NCBI RefSeq assembly: GCF_006345805.1
Contig: NC_043002.1
Span: 1,736,001-1,800,000, forward strand
Reading direction: 5' to 3'
Length of the DNA stretch: 64,000 nt
Source of the DNA: Octopus sinensis
Taxonomy: Eukaryota
Part shown: piece by piece, positions 14,687 through 27,499 of the stretch
Numbering within the stretch: the stretch's first letter is position 1
How the letters are laid out: each line of letters starts with the position of its first letter
Position numbers and translations under genes: made by a program
The notes under the pieces: generated by a model
What the model was told of the DNA's origin: nothing
Databases searched by the model: none
Seen by the model: only the letters and a program-made list of their open reading frames with translations

Positions 14687-15377
14687 TGTAATGAAAAGAA
14701 ATATTACAAGTAACTGCAGAATATGTGGAGATGGACAAGAAACAATAAATCATATTATCTCTAGCTGCCCAGTCCTGGCTAAGAAGGAATATATTCACAG
14801 ACATGACAGAGTTGGAACCTACATACATTGGAAGCTATGCCAACATTATGGAATAACAACAGAAAAAAGATGGTATAGGCACACACCAGAAAAGGTCACA
14901 GAAAACGAGAAAGCAACCATACTCTGGGATATGCCGATACACACAGATAGAGAAATTAAGGCCAACAGACCAGATATAGTTGTCAGAGATCATGAAGAAA
15001 AAAAATGCTTTCTAATTGATGTATCAATACCGGCTGATGACAACGTGTCTCTAAAAGAAATGGAGAAACTCTCAAAATACAAAGACCTGGAAATAGAGGT
15101 AACTAGAATGTGGAATCTGAAAACAGAAACAATTCCTATCATAGTAGGTGCATTAGGCATGATAAAACATATTCAGACAAATACATAACAAAAACACCAG
15201 GACTTACAAACACATATAACATACAGAAAATTGCACTACTAGGCACTGCACACATCCTACGCAGAACACTTTCCATACAATGACCATGAGAACATCACAA
15301 CAAATAACAGCACATACCCAAGGCACACAGAGCTGTGCTCGGTAGTGAAGTGAAAGCACGCTCTAAAAATAAAACTA

Positions 15378-15380
<3 letters not shown>
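14683..15380 (+). mobile_element. R4/Dong-like element copy B (5'-truncated, zinc knuckle + REL + 3' UTR)
   Basis: ORF 14691-15188: CRICGDGQETINHIISSC (CCHC), RHDRV, RPDIVV, IDVSIP, EKLSKY. Ends ACTACTG; (AAT)n on both sides. Confidence 0.95.
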
Positions 15381-15428
<48 letters not shown>

Positions 15429-16160
15429 TATTATTATTATTATAATAATAATAATGGCGGTGATGACGATGATATATTAGCTAAAATTAACAATAAGCAA
15501 CATGTGAAAATGCTATTACATAAGAAACATTTGTGAACGTTTATAATTTTTGTCAATATTGATGCCTAAAAAGTAAAAGCATTTCTTCTTAAGACGTGTT
15601 AAGATTGTAATATAAAGATATATAAAACATAGCGATAGAAAGAATATTATGTCCGCACACTCATGTCGAAATTTCTTTACGTCTGTATGATATTAACATA
15701 ACGTCTCAGGCGATATGCTCGGTGGCATTAATCGCTTTAATATATGCGTTGCACTGCTTCTTCTTAATACGTGTGTTGCACTGCTTCTTCTTCTTAGCCC
15801 ACAGAAATCGTAAATCATGCACAGTTTGTATGTTCTTTGGTTTAAACGGTTTTGGTATTACTCTTGCATAAAGAACCATTTCGAATGAGGCGAGTAGGCT
15901 ATATATAGAAGAAGAATGTCTATGGCAAAGCGTTCAGAAGGGTGCCTCATATACCTGCCATTCCGATTTTAGCCATGGTCGATTCATAAATCTTAAAATA
16001 TGTTTGCCATTCCATCTTCGAATAGTATTCAATCGAATGAATTATATACAAACATTGTCACGCAGACGCACACAAACACGCACATACATATATACATAGA
16101 TATACATGCATATACAAACACCCACACTCATACCAAACATACACACACACATTTGTACAT

Positions 16161-16196
<36 letters not shown>

Positions 16197-17433
16197 ATGG
16201 GACGTGCATGTATCTGTATGTCTGTACGTGAGTTACTTCAGGGTATTTGTGAACACTTACAGGTAAAAAGGGCGATAAGAGAATAATCAACAGTGAAAGC
16301 TGTGTTTTATAGTTTATTACAAGCTGAAGCCCCAAGTTTCTCGCTGCCTATCTGCGAGCGATTTTCGAAATTTAGTATAGAATAGGCGTACAGGAACAAT
16401 ATTTAAATATAAACAAATGATGATTGAGAGATATAGAATCTAGTTGGGTAACAATAAGACCATTGCTTAGAGCATACATATGAATTACACAATGCAAATA
16501 TGCTTAAATGTCTAAAGGAAAGATAGATTACTTTATGCAAAAATACAAACGGCTGACTTAGCAAAGGGAGAAAAACTTGCAGACGCCCACATATCCATTT
16601 ACATTTAGAATTTTTCCAGCAACAATAATGCAAAAATACAAGATTTTTGTATTTTAAACAAAGAATTATCGTATAATATAAAATGGCCACAATTTAAAAG
16701 CATGCACTTATTGCTTATTCTTTTCCCCATGAATCGCTGATACCATAAATCATTTAATAGAAATTCAATCAACGTAGGCTGTTGATGTTTCAAGAGCTTC
16801 GTAAGGTCAACTCTTCATAGTAATTCCGAGAAATCTCTCGAATGTCCTTAATATTGTCTTCTTCATCTGTTATTGGAATGTTCAGCGCAATTGTCCCATG
16901 AACAGTTGTTATAGTTTATAGTGATTTCCCAACAAAATAGTTTGAAATGTGTCGATCCATCTGAGGAATTTTCTTTTCAAATAATCAGCTTCTTGAACTT
17001 CAGAAAAAGACCATGCATAGAAAAAAGGTTTATTTCTCATAGTAATATTCTACAAATACTTGTTCTCGTGAGGACGTCTTTAGTCTTTATTGAGAACAGG
17101 AACAACTCAAAACAATTAGTCATGAAGTGAGTAAACGATATTTTAACGTTTAATGGAATGTAACATTGGTAAATCACGTAGAAAAGGTGGCGGTGTCTGC
17201 AGCAGATGAGATGCAAAACTATGCATAAAATAACAAATAGACTGTGTTCTAAAGAAAGTATGAGATTAATTTCGATGTTCAGCAAAAGAGACCTGTGTCT
17301 ACTGACTAAACAAGATGAAAATAAACGAAATGCATGTAAATAATTTTATGACATATTAGATTATCTCCCAATATGTTGTGTTTGTTATAAATCCTATTAA
17401 ACTTTATATGCGCACACCAATACGTTTACATGC

Positions 17434-17478
<45 letters not shown>

Positions 17479-17776
17479 TTTTATATATACACTAATTCAT
17501 TATGTAAAAGGAAAACAATACAGTTGATGACGTATTAATACGTCAGCTACTATACCCTAAACGAATGTCTCATTATGTTCTGTTCCATTTCAAGCGCTAT
17601 AAATTTGAGCCACCAATGTATTGATTTGTATGTGTTAGAAGGGAAATTCCACTTCAGCTTATGATGATATTTCCTACCAAATACCAAAACTAGGAAGGAT
17701 TATTGTAATTTGACACGTCCATACTCAGTATATTTAAAAGAATCCACAAGAATTTCTTCAGAAGCATATATATATA

Positions 17777-18417
17777 AATGGTTGCTGATAGCTCGTTGGA
17801 TCTCCTGGCTTAGGTCGGCTTTCATATTTTCTAAATAAGTAAAAAAAAGAGTTGCCTCTTTTGTTTGTCACTTGGTCAGAGGATTCATAGTTCATGTTTT
17901 GGTGTTTTGGTTTGTTCATGGTACTCTCTTCGTTGTTTGATTGTAGGAGGTGAAATGTTGTATTTTGTTTTTGTTGTTGTCGTAGGTATCCTCTGTTGCT
18001 GTTTATATTTATTTTGCGATCGTTTTGTGCCCTTCAGATGGTGGTGGTTGCATTCTGCGTTCAACCACATCCTTAGTGACACAGAAGTTTGGCACAGTTT
18101 AGGATAGAAGCAGGTGCATTCATTGCCTTTTGTGCATCCATATTTAGGATCAGGGCCATGGACTCTGTATTTAGGACAGTATTTGGGGCGGAGGTGAGGG
18201 CAGTTTTTTTCCCGTTATACCATAAGGGTAGGTACCCGGAACAAGTCTACGGCATAAGGTAGGATGGAAAATAGCACAGCGTCCCTTGTTGGTGCCGCTG
18301 GGACCAAAACTACAGTTACCTTGACAATGGTAACGACAGGGTTTTTGACGTGGGCATAGTAAAGGTTTTTCTATACTGGCAGGCTCGTTGGTCAGTGTTC
18401 CTATTGTAGTAGAAGAC

Positions 18418-18454
<37 letters not shown>

Positions 18455-19360
18455 GCTGTAGCAGCAGTGATACTTGACTTGAAACAGTAGGGCTGGGTGG
18501 AATCAGGTCAAATAGTGGTGCCATACACGGTGCTTCCAATGTAGTAGCAGTAGCAGACCGTTGTTGTTGTGGTAGTGAGTCCTGGCTTGCCACGGTAGTG
18601 CTGGGTGGAATTAGGTCAGTTAACGATATCAATGAGAATGTTGTTTGTTGCTGGCTAGCAGGTCATTGAAGTGACCCTGACCTGATGGAGTTGGGTCAGT
18701 TGGTGCACTACATCCATTGACGAGTATGGCTTCTAGTGTTGCCATGGTGGTTTCTTTTATTTTATTTTCGATTTGTTTTACAGATCTGTAAAAGGATTGT
18801 GACACTAATTATTCAGCGATTTTACCGTAGACATTAGCTTTTACACAATCGTTATGGTGATGGTACCAAGCGTTTATCAGTGTACCGATTTCGTTTTCTA
18901 CCCAGTGGCTTTTTAGATTGGCCATATTCAGTGGGACAGTATTATACACTGTACGTCAGTTATTGATGACTTGATGTATAATAGTGAATGCACCATTGAA
19001 AAGTTTGTGTCGATATATTCGGAAATGCGTGGCTATATCTGAGTATGTGTGGGAGAGTTCAGTGTATTTAGTACAAATCAGAATGAGCGGTGTGTTTAAC
19101 AGAAACCAAGAGAAAATAATTGTACTCACAGGACTAGTTTTAGAACTAATCTTGGGTTTAGTTTTGGTTTATATTTGTTTCTCCAGGTTGTATATAGATT
19201 TTTGTAAATTTATCCTCCGATGATAGTAAAATAGAAGAATAGTGGAATTCAAGGGTTCTCGTACTAAAAACAAGGAAAGTTACTGCTGTTTGAGTTGAAA
19301 TCTGTTTCTTTGCCTACTGATTGGCCGGAGCTATGAAAACTACGTCTTGTTACGACGAAT
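17777..19360 (-). mobile_element. CR1/L2-group LINE 5' region with ORF1 (tandem CCCH-type zinc fingers), disrupted
   Basis: ACCACCATGG start at 18745(-). CRYHCQGNCSFG..CAIFHPTLC, then CPKYRVHG..GCTKGNEC..FYPKLC..ECNHHHLKGTKR. An internal (CAA)n tract encodes polyQ. Confidence 0.6.
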
Positions 19361-19374
19361 GCCCAAATATATAT

Positions 19375-20160
19375 ATATCTAATAATATCAGAGACCTGGG
19401 TGTAATTGTTGATAACAATCTCAGTTGGAGTGCCCACATCAACAATAAGGTCGATATAGCTCGTAGGATGAGCTCCTGGATCTTAAGAACCTTCCGGTCC
19501 AAAGAACAAGGTGTCATCATTCCACTTTTCTCCTCCTTTGTACGGCCACACCTCGAATACTGCTACCCCTTGAGGTCTCCCCATACAAAACAAAACATCT
19601 CGAGGATTGAATCAACCCAGAGGGCACTCACTAAACGAATTGAAGGCATGGCTGCTCTCGATTACTGGGACCACCTTAAAGCCTTGAAATTCTACTCTCT
19701 CCAGCGCCGCCGCGAGCGGTACATCATTTGTACGGTGTGGAGAATATGCCGCTAGTATTGCCCAAATGACTTGAATATTAGTTTCATCCAAGGCTGGGAC
19801 CACGGGCTATACGTTCCCTGCCCAATTCAAGATTACAGCATACATGTACACTGCAGCATAATTTCTTTTCCTTAACAGGCCATGGCCTGTTTAACATTGT
19901 GCCGAAAGAGATCAAAGAGGAACAGGATCTCATCAACTTTAAACGGAGTCTGGATGGATTCCTTCAAAGAGTACCAGATAAGCCACACATATCTGGATAC
20001 AACTCACTCAACAAGAACTCACTTCTTGAATGGACCATAAACAAAACTTGACTTAAAAAGGATTTAGATAATCCTATCAGGATTTAAATAATCCTATCAA
20101 GTTAGACATGGCCTGGAGTAACTTAATTAGTCCAGGCCATATCTAAGTTTTATCTAAGTT
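19375..20160 (+). mobile_element. CR1-type LINE 3' end (RT C-terminus, 3' UTR hairpin, terminal repeats)
   Basis: IRDLGVIVDNNLSWSAHI..VRPHLEYC..ESTQR..YSLQRRRERY. 20-bp inverted repeat at 20102-20146; ends (TATCTAAGTT)x2. Confidence 0.85.
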
Positions 20161-20255
20161 ATATATATACATATACACACATACACGCACACACACACAC
20201 ACAAACATACACATAAACACACAAACACACACATAAACACACACACACATATATA

Positions 20256-20962
20256 CAGGGTGGTCCGAAAGTCTTGTTACCCCTTTACCAAAAAGTGATG
20301 AGAGCAATAGAAGAACAAGTAATGCGGTAATCCGAAGCACGAACTGGATTTAGTTGCTTTCCTTTCATTGACGCTGTCACACATCGAGAAGGTCCATATG
20401 AGCATCATCATTTTCGTGACACAAAATGATGCGGTGCCATGTACGGTGTAATATATTTCGAAGCTGTGCTTTGGTGATTGTTGCTAAGGCTGTCCGAACA
20501 GCGTCCTTCGCCTGAGGGATTATCTGGTATCGTTCCCGAGAAACTCTTCCCTTAATAATACCTCCCCAGAGCGTTATCGCAAGACCTGGACTTCTGGAGA
20601 GGCCAATCAACAGGTGCTGGAAGTTGTTGCGATACTCGCCCCATCCATCTATCCTGAAAAACTTCATTTAGTTATTCCCGGACAGTGATAGCATAGTGGG
20701 GTGAGGCACCATCTTGTTGAAACAAACGATCATTCAGGTCAACATTCAACCTCTGGAGCTGTGGAACAAACCACTTCCTTAACAGGGCCAAGTATGATTG
20801 CTGCTTGACAGTGCCCTCGAAAAAATAGTGTCCTATCAGGTGCTCACGCGATATGGTGGCCCAAATCATTACATTTGGGGAGTTGTGATAAAACAAAATT
20901 AATGATTATAATGACAATGATAAACAATATGTAGGGAGTAATAAGACTTTCGGACCACCCTG
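20256..20962 (-). mobile_element. Internally deleted Tc1/mariner element (maT/DD37D-like), 707 bp
   Basis: TIRs CAGGGTGGTCCGAAAGTCTTrTTAC (24/25), TA at both ends. Minus strand: VMIWATIS..IGHYFF..FQQDGASPH..RWMG..GIIKGRV. N-terminus missing. Confidence 0.9.
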
Positions 20963-22371
20963 TACGTATATTCGTTTACATATATATATCGATGCGTGGT
21001 TATACATGTATTTGATATCCATATATTTATTCCGTTGAAGCTGTATGCATTTCTTTGATTGTAACCATAAAACAAATGCATATTTTTTTAGTAATGTAAT
21101 TGGGCCCACATCTTCTGAACAAAATTTATGCTGCTATTATATGTAACTGACACATTTTACATAATAATGTTTTGGAAATAAAATTTGAAAATTCAATTAC
21201 TAGAAATATTTACGAACTCTTACTTATTAAAATGTCGAGTAGTAACTTATTTTATAATATTCCTTAAATGATTGAGGATGAATATAATGGCATCGAAAAA
21301 TTGCTGTTTTACGAGAGAATTTATGGTAAACGTAAATAAAAATTGTTGGATTGTGTTATGATCATATTCGCCGACAGAAATCATTTCCAAAACTGATTGA
21401 GACAGACATTTTGTATTTAATTAGAAATTTTAAGAATTATTATCGTTTTTATGTGAATATTATTTCACTATACTTATAAACTAATTGCCGTGTTGCGTAA
21501 TAAGAGAAACTTATTTTGATTTGGAAGGGAAAAAATATGCAACGTTGATGTTAGATTCGTGTGCAATTAATCGAATTATATTAGGCTCTTCTGTCCAATC
21601 ATCTGTAAATTACTTTTAATCCTATAACTGTCAAAGCAAAGCAAAATATTGGGAAACAAATTCTTCCAAGGAAAAAGAGATTCATTAAATAATGTTTTTT
21701 TAATTATTGTTCTTAATGGACTCGAAATTACTCGTTGCTATCCTCATGATTTCCCCAAACAGTTATAAAACTATGAAACAATTCCTTGCTCGCATTGTTT
21801 AACTTATTCAAGATTAATTTTCTTTTAAAATACATTTTATGAATTTGGTATTTTGGAATATTTTATATTATGGAATGTTGTTGTTTTTGTTGGGTTTTTT
21901 TGTTGTTGTTTTTGAATGCTACAACTCCTACTCGTGTGTTTTTGCATGAAATGATTTAATGAAGACATAATCAAATAGATTTCTGGAAATGCTACGATAT
22001 GTTATCATCCGAATAAAACACGATTTAAATAAAATTATGAAATAAAACGATGCTCTACAGATATTAGAAAAAAGATATAATTTCAGCTCTTACCTTGTAA
22101 CATAGTAAAGTAATAGTTTCAATCTATCAGATAGAAATAAAATATAAACAGAATTTATGATAAATAAAAAGATATGCGCATGTAAGTAATTCATTATATT
22201 TAATTTCAATAAATTATACGTAACTGACATAAAAGACTAAGAGGAAATCATAATTTAATACTGTTCTCAAGCAAGTAATCTTAGTATTTTTTACGTTTGA
22301 AATAGAAATATTAGTAATTGTATTAAAAAATATGCAATTAATCATAAAGACTAACACATTTCTTTAAAATG

Positions 22372-22526
22372 CTACTGTGCGGTAATAAGCTTGCTTCCCA
22401 ACGTCAGGAATCCGCGATCAATCCCACTGCGTGAAACTTTAGGCAAGTCTCTTTTGCTATAGTCTCGAACCAACCAGAGTTCTGTGAATGGATTTGGTAA
22501 ACGGAAACTGAAGCGAATCCATCGCG

Positions 22527-22527
<1 letters not shown>
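22372..22527 (+). mobile_element. SINE family A, degenerate
   Basis: Colinear with the reverse complement of 72-234 (CCCACTGCGTG..GGCAAG..GCTATAG..GGATTTGGTA.ACGGAAACTGAA). Confidence 0.65.
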
Positions 22528-22571
<44 letters not shown>

Positions 22572-22619
22572 AGTGTGAATGTGTGTGCGCATGTATGTGT
22601 GTTTGTGTTTTGTATTTGT

Positions 22620-22790
22620 CTGCGCTTAACAACCATAACTTAGCGGTTTGGCACAAGCGACGGATAGAAAAAGTGCTAGGTATTGAAAGAAAAGAAATAA
22701 GTACTGGGGGCGAAACATTCAACGAAAGATTCTTCAAAGCAGTGCCCCAGCATGGTCGTAGATAGAACATATGAGTTGTCTCAGTCTCAG
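22620..22790 (-). mobile_element. Interspersed repeat family C (SINE-body-like), degenerate
   Basis: TAACTTAGCGGTT..GATAGAA..AGTACT..CCAGCATGG is the reverse complement of 31200-31372; also at 55345-55530. Confidence 0.55.
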
Positions 22791-22849
22791 CTGGTATACC
22801 GTTGGCGATCAATTGAAAACAGACTTATGGAACTAGAGTCAAAACAATA

Positions 22850-23370
22850 TGAAATTGTTTCCGTATTTGAAGTTGAAAATGGAAGGCTCTGACGGGAAGT
22901 GGATTCGTTGAGGATGTTGAAGAAATGCTCAACCGACGATTAAAGCTGTTCGTCACCGGTGAAAAGAATTCGCCCATCTTTACTCTTTATTCACTGACTA
23001 CTTTTACGTCATCCATCAGACAGCTCCCTTATAATCTGGTACTGGGTCTTAGAGTAGTTTTGCTCTGCAGCCATTTACACACCTCTGTTGGCTTATCATT
23101 TAACCAGGTTGGTACTTCTTCGTATTTCTGTCTGTATGTTTCACATCGCTTCTCTCTATGTCTGGAGCTGTCTGACCCGATCTCGTTTTTCATTTTGTCT
23201 TTGTTTCTTGCGTCGATGAGATCCGAGGAGGACTTCTGCCATTGATGACCATTGCATAGAATCTCTACCAATCTGGTAGAGCAGCTGCCACAGGGAATCC
23301 AGACGATGTGTCGTCTGTAACCCTTCAAGTATATGGTCCCGTCTTTGTGGCACGTGAAGAGGGAAAGAGT
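22850..23370 (-). mobile_element. RTE-clade LINE fragment (EN-RT linker), decayed
   Basis: YQIIRELSDG*..IKSKDGRILFTGDEQL*SSVEHFFNILNE resembles the RTE linker KDKxGxxLxxxxEQLxRWxEHFxxLLN. Confidence 0.55.
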
Positions 23371-24334
23371 GAGGGAGAAAAAGTGAACTGACATCTCTAT
23401 ATTTAAAAGTAACGATTACTTACAGATTCCTAAGGCAGTGCTCCAGCATGGCCGCAATCAAATGATTGCAAAAACTAAAAAATAAAAGAACTAAAAATAT
23501 ACGTTGCGTCATTTTGACAGAAATCCTAAAACTTGTGATGAAACCAGATAAATAATGATGACTTTCCTACGATGCTGCCTTCCTTAAAGAATATTTTCAT
23601 CGTGGAATCTTTAAATTAATTTATAAATTTGTACTTACCCATTAGATCTATACTTTCATTGACATGAAAACTATTGAATTTCAAATTGTTCCATGTTATG
23701 TTATCACGAATTTAATAACCTCCTTTCAAATTACGATCCCAATCAGAATTAAAATATTTTGAATTCATATTTACAACATTCAACTTATTTTGTTTACCGG
23801 TCAAAATATGGCGAATATTCCGATTCGGAGTATAGGATAAATAAGAGAATGATATACACTTGCGTCAGAAATTAATTAGCACTTCTCAAATTTCTACATT
23901 AAATAGGTTAAATCAATTAACCTATGAGCTGTTCAAAACGTCTTACGCGATGAGAAAACTTAGTATGGTGTGATTTCGGTCCTTGCGAGGCGCTACCTAT
24001 ATCTATTAAACAAAGGAAGATTTGTCTGCATCCGCACTCCAAGTTGTTGCACTGCTATGTCAACATCATAAGGCTGTAGACTCTCAAACTGCTCTGCAAA
24101 CAAAGTTACGTCATCGTTCTGCACAACAGTCAACTCGCAACAAAGCAATAGTTCGAGATATGGCCACTAGGTGACAGCACATACCTTGAGTGAAGAGCAA
24201 ATCAAGGGTGCTAATTAATTTCTGACGGTAGTGTATATATCAATAATGTTCCATTCACCTGATAAACAAATATATCCAAATATATATTTGATAATATCTT
24301 GTCTGCACAGATAATTCTCATGCAAGTAACAATT

Positions 24335-24345
24335 CTTAAGAAATA

Positions 24346-24395
<50 letters not shown>

Positions 24396-24400
24396 TATTA

Positions 24401-24432
<32 letters not shown>

Positions 24433-24458
24433 TATTATTATCATTATTACTATTATTA

Positions 24459-24533
<75 letters not shown>

Positions 24534-25084
24534 CCGTGGTTCAATAAGTAAATGTATTTTTGAAAAATTGCTTTAGTTATTTCGCTATAATTGATCACAT
24601 ATCTTTGAGGTAAATTTTATTTATCCAAAATTCAATGGGAAAAAGTTTAGTCAAAATTGTCTTAAATGTATTTCGAGAGTAATTGAAAGGAAGCGCTTCC
24701 AATAAGTACATTTTCTTTTCTCCGCCTCCTCATCCTCATCCTTCACCTTCTTCTTCTCATCCTCATCCTCCTCCACCATCACCTTCTTCATAATCGACAT
24801 CATCATCTTCATCCTCTTCTTCATCACCATTATCATCATCATGGTTCATCATCATCAATCCTCCTCTTCCTTCTTCTTCTTCTTCTTCTTCTTCTTCCCC
24901 CCTCCCCCATCGTCCTCCTTCCCCTTCCTCCTCTCCATTAAATGTAGTTTCTAGACTTACCACTTAAATTATGCGTATTTTAAATTAATAATATTACATT
25001 TAGTATAGAAATGGAATTCCTCGTAATTTAATTGAATATTGACACAAACTATATACTTCTGGGAATTCCTACATAACTGGCATC

Positions 25085-25152
<68 letters not shown>

Positions 25153-25250
25153 CAACAACACTAAATATAATAATAATAACTAATAATTATGATGATAATA
25201 ATAGTAATGATATTAATATTAACAACAGCAACAAAAACAACAACAACAAC

Positions 25251-25281
<31 letters not shown>

Positions 25282-25355
25282 TATTAACAACAACAACAAC
25301 AATGATAATAATAATAAGAAGAAGAACAACAATAATAATGATATTAATAATAATA
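24335..25355. repeat. Cluster of trinucleotide low-complexity tracts: (ATT)n 24335-24532, (CAT/CTT/CCT)n 24721-24935, (AAT/AAC)n 25086-25355
   Basis: Direct reading. Confidence 0.9.
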
Positions 25356-26431
25356 GTTTTATAAATACATAGATATTAGTGTAAGATATTTTAAACGGTG
25401 AGGCAATTTGTTTTAAACTTTAGTCTATTGTCATTGATTGGATATCCTGAGTCTGAGGATCGCATTGCACTTTCTCTTATCAAGTCTTATATAACATATT
25501 GAGGAGCGGCCTTCGTTGTGTGTGTTGCGGGTGTGTGGCGTAACCATTTAAACCCCCGTCTGCACGTTATAGCTGGGGTCAATTTCGTTGATTAACGCTG
25601 ATTATGATTTTAATGATATTGCAAACGTTGATGATGATGATGATGATCACGATGATGATGATGATGACTTTCATGATAACTGAGGAAAAACTGAGCGAAT
25701 AGGATTGCATATCCTGTGGCTGCGGCACAGTTAGACACCGTCGTTTCGTGTCCTTCTATTTCCTTATGGTGCACTGATTATTTGTTTCTTATTTGTAAGT
25801 AGCGAAGTGAAGGGTCGCAGTGCTGTGTATTGTTTTGCATCCACATCTTCACTGATGCTGTCTGTTATCTGCAGTGTGTCTACTGAAGGGAATAAAGTCG
25901 CATTGATTTACTGTTAATACTTCATCTCTCCGCGTCAGAGAATCGTCCATTATTTGAAAAACAAAGTCCAATAAACTTCGTATCTGCAAGCTGCTACATG
26001 TTTGTTTCATAGAAAAGTAAATTATTCGTTTAAATTTTGATTTAATACAAGCGATAATTGATGTAATTTATGAAAAGTATTAAGCAAGTAAATATGTATC
26101 TTTAAGTACATGAGTAAATGTTTTAATTTAGGAAGCTTTATTAGTGGTACAGATGCTTTTAATCGACCTGCATCCACACACAAATATTCCCCGAGAAAAA
26201 CTATTTCGAAATTCATACAATTTTAGCAATATGTTAAAATGGAAAACTTTTTCCTCCGGTAAATAACAGTTTCTAACAGTAAAGAAAGCTTTAAGTCGAA
26301 TAGGTTTCAAATCAATGTGCCCATCACTTATAGTCTCACTATTTGTCGTTTAAGCCATGCTAATTCTTTTCGTAACCAGTATTAAGCAATTCTACATTTC
26401 GTTCAATGCATATATATGTCTCTGTGTATAT

Positions 26432-26514
<83 letters not shown>

Positions 26515-26850
26515 GGTAAGGTATTAGAGCAGTTTTATCAATCCTTACTCTTTCTGTCTTTCTTTCTTACTCTCCAAACCTATCAATGATTTAGGAGTTG
26601 CCTGGCAACGAAAACCAGGTGCCAAATGCTATTATTACAAACATACAAGCCTCCTTTGAAACAGCATTCATAATGTCTACCTCCTGCATACTTCTGAACA
26701 TTTGAATTCATTTATAACTTGAATTGAAATGTAATTGAGCGATGTTTCATAAGTGCTATTAACGAATATTATACATGCATATGTACATGCACACATACAT
26801 GCACACATACATACATACATAGGTACTTACGTACGTATGTAATGTATATA

Positions 26851-27005
26851 AGTGGAATTTACAAAAAAATAAACAAAAGACGAAAACGGGTGTCTAAACA
26901 ACAAACAGATGTATCAGTTTAACGTTCGGGAAATGAAAAAGTCTTTTACGTTTCGAGCCTACGCTCTTCAATAGGAAGGAACACAGAAATAAATACAGAG
27001 AAAAT
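26851..27005 (-). mobile_element. Short Penelope-like terminal repeat with a degenerate hammerhead-like motif (26943-26978)
   Basis: Homologous to 53907-54070. Minus strand CTTC-CTATTGA-A-GAGC-GTAG-GCTC-GAAA-CG-TA-AAAG. Confidence 0.55.
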
Positions 27006-27185
27006 AATACACACACACACATATATATATATACACATACATACATACATACATACACGCGCACATATAACTATATCTGTTTATCTATCCATCCTTCTAT
27101 CTATCTATCTATCCATATATATATATATATATGCTAGCATGGAAAACGGACGCTAAACGATGATGATGATGATGATGATGATATA

Positions 27186-27217
<32 letters not shown>

Positions 27218-27499
27218 GCATGTATATATATGGTCAAGCGATGAGGCGCAGAGATTCACAATACAGAAGACACTTAGTAGTGCTCAGATGCCTTTACAGG
27301 GGATGAATTCCACAGAATTTAAAAAATGCTATGAAAGGGATCCAGTGGAGCAGATTATGCGAATAAACAAATTAAATATGTTGAATGCAAATGAAATACA
27401 AAATATGTCTTTATGTTTATATGCAAAACGTGGGAAAGCAAAAGGTAGAGAATTTCAGTTGATGAAACTTTTAGTTAGGTATATATATATAGATATTAA

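Noticed and set aside
18171-18632. PolyQ zinc-finger ORF as a host gene
   Set aside because: It is frameshifted and intronless, and fits LINE ORF1 next to a CR1 3' end better.
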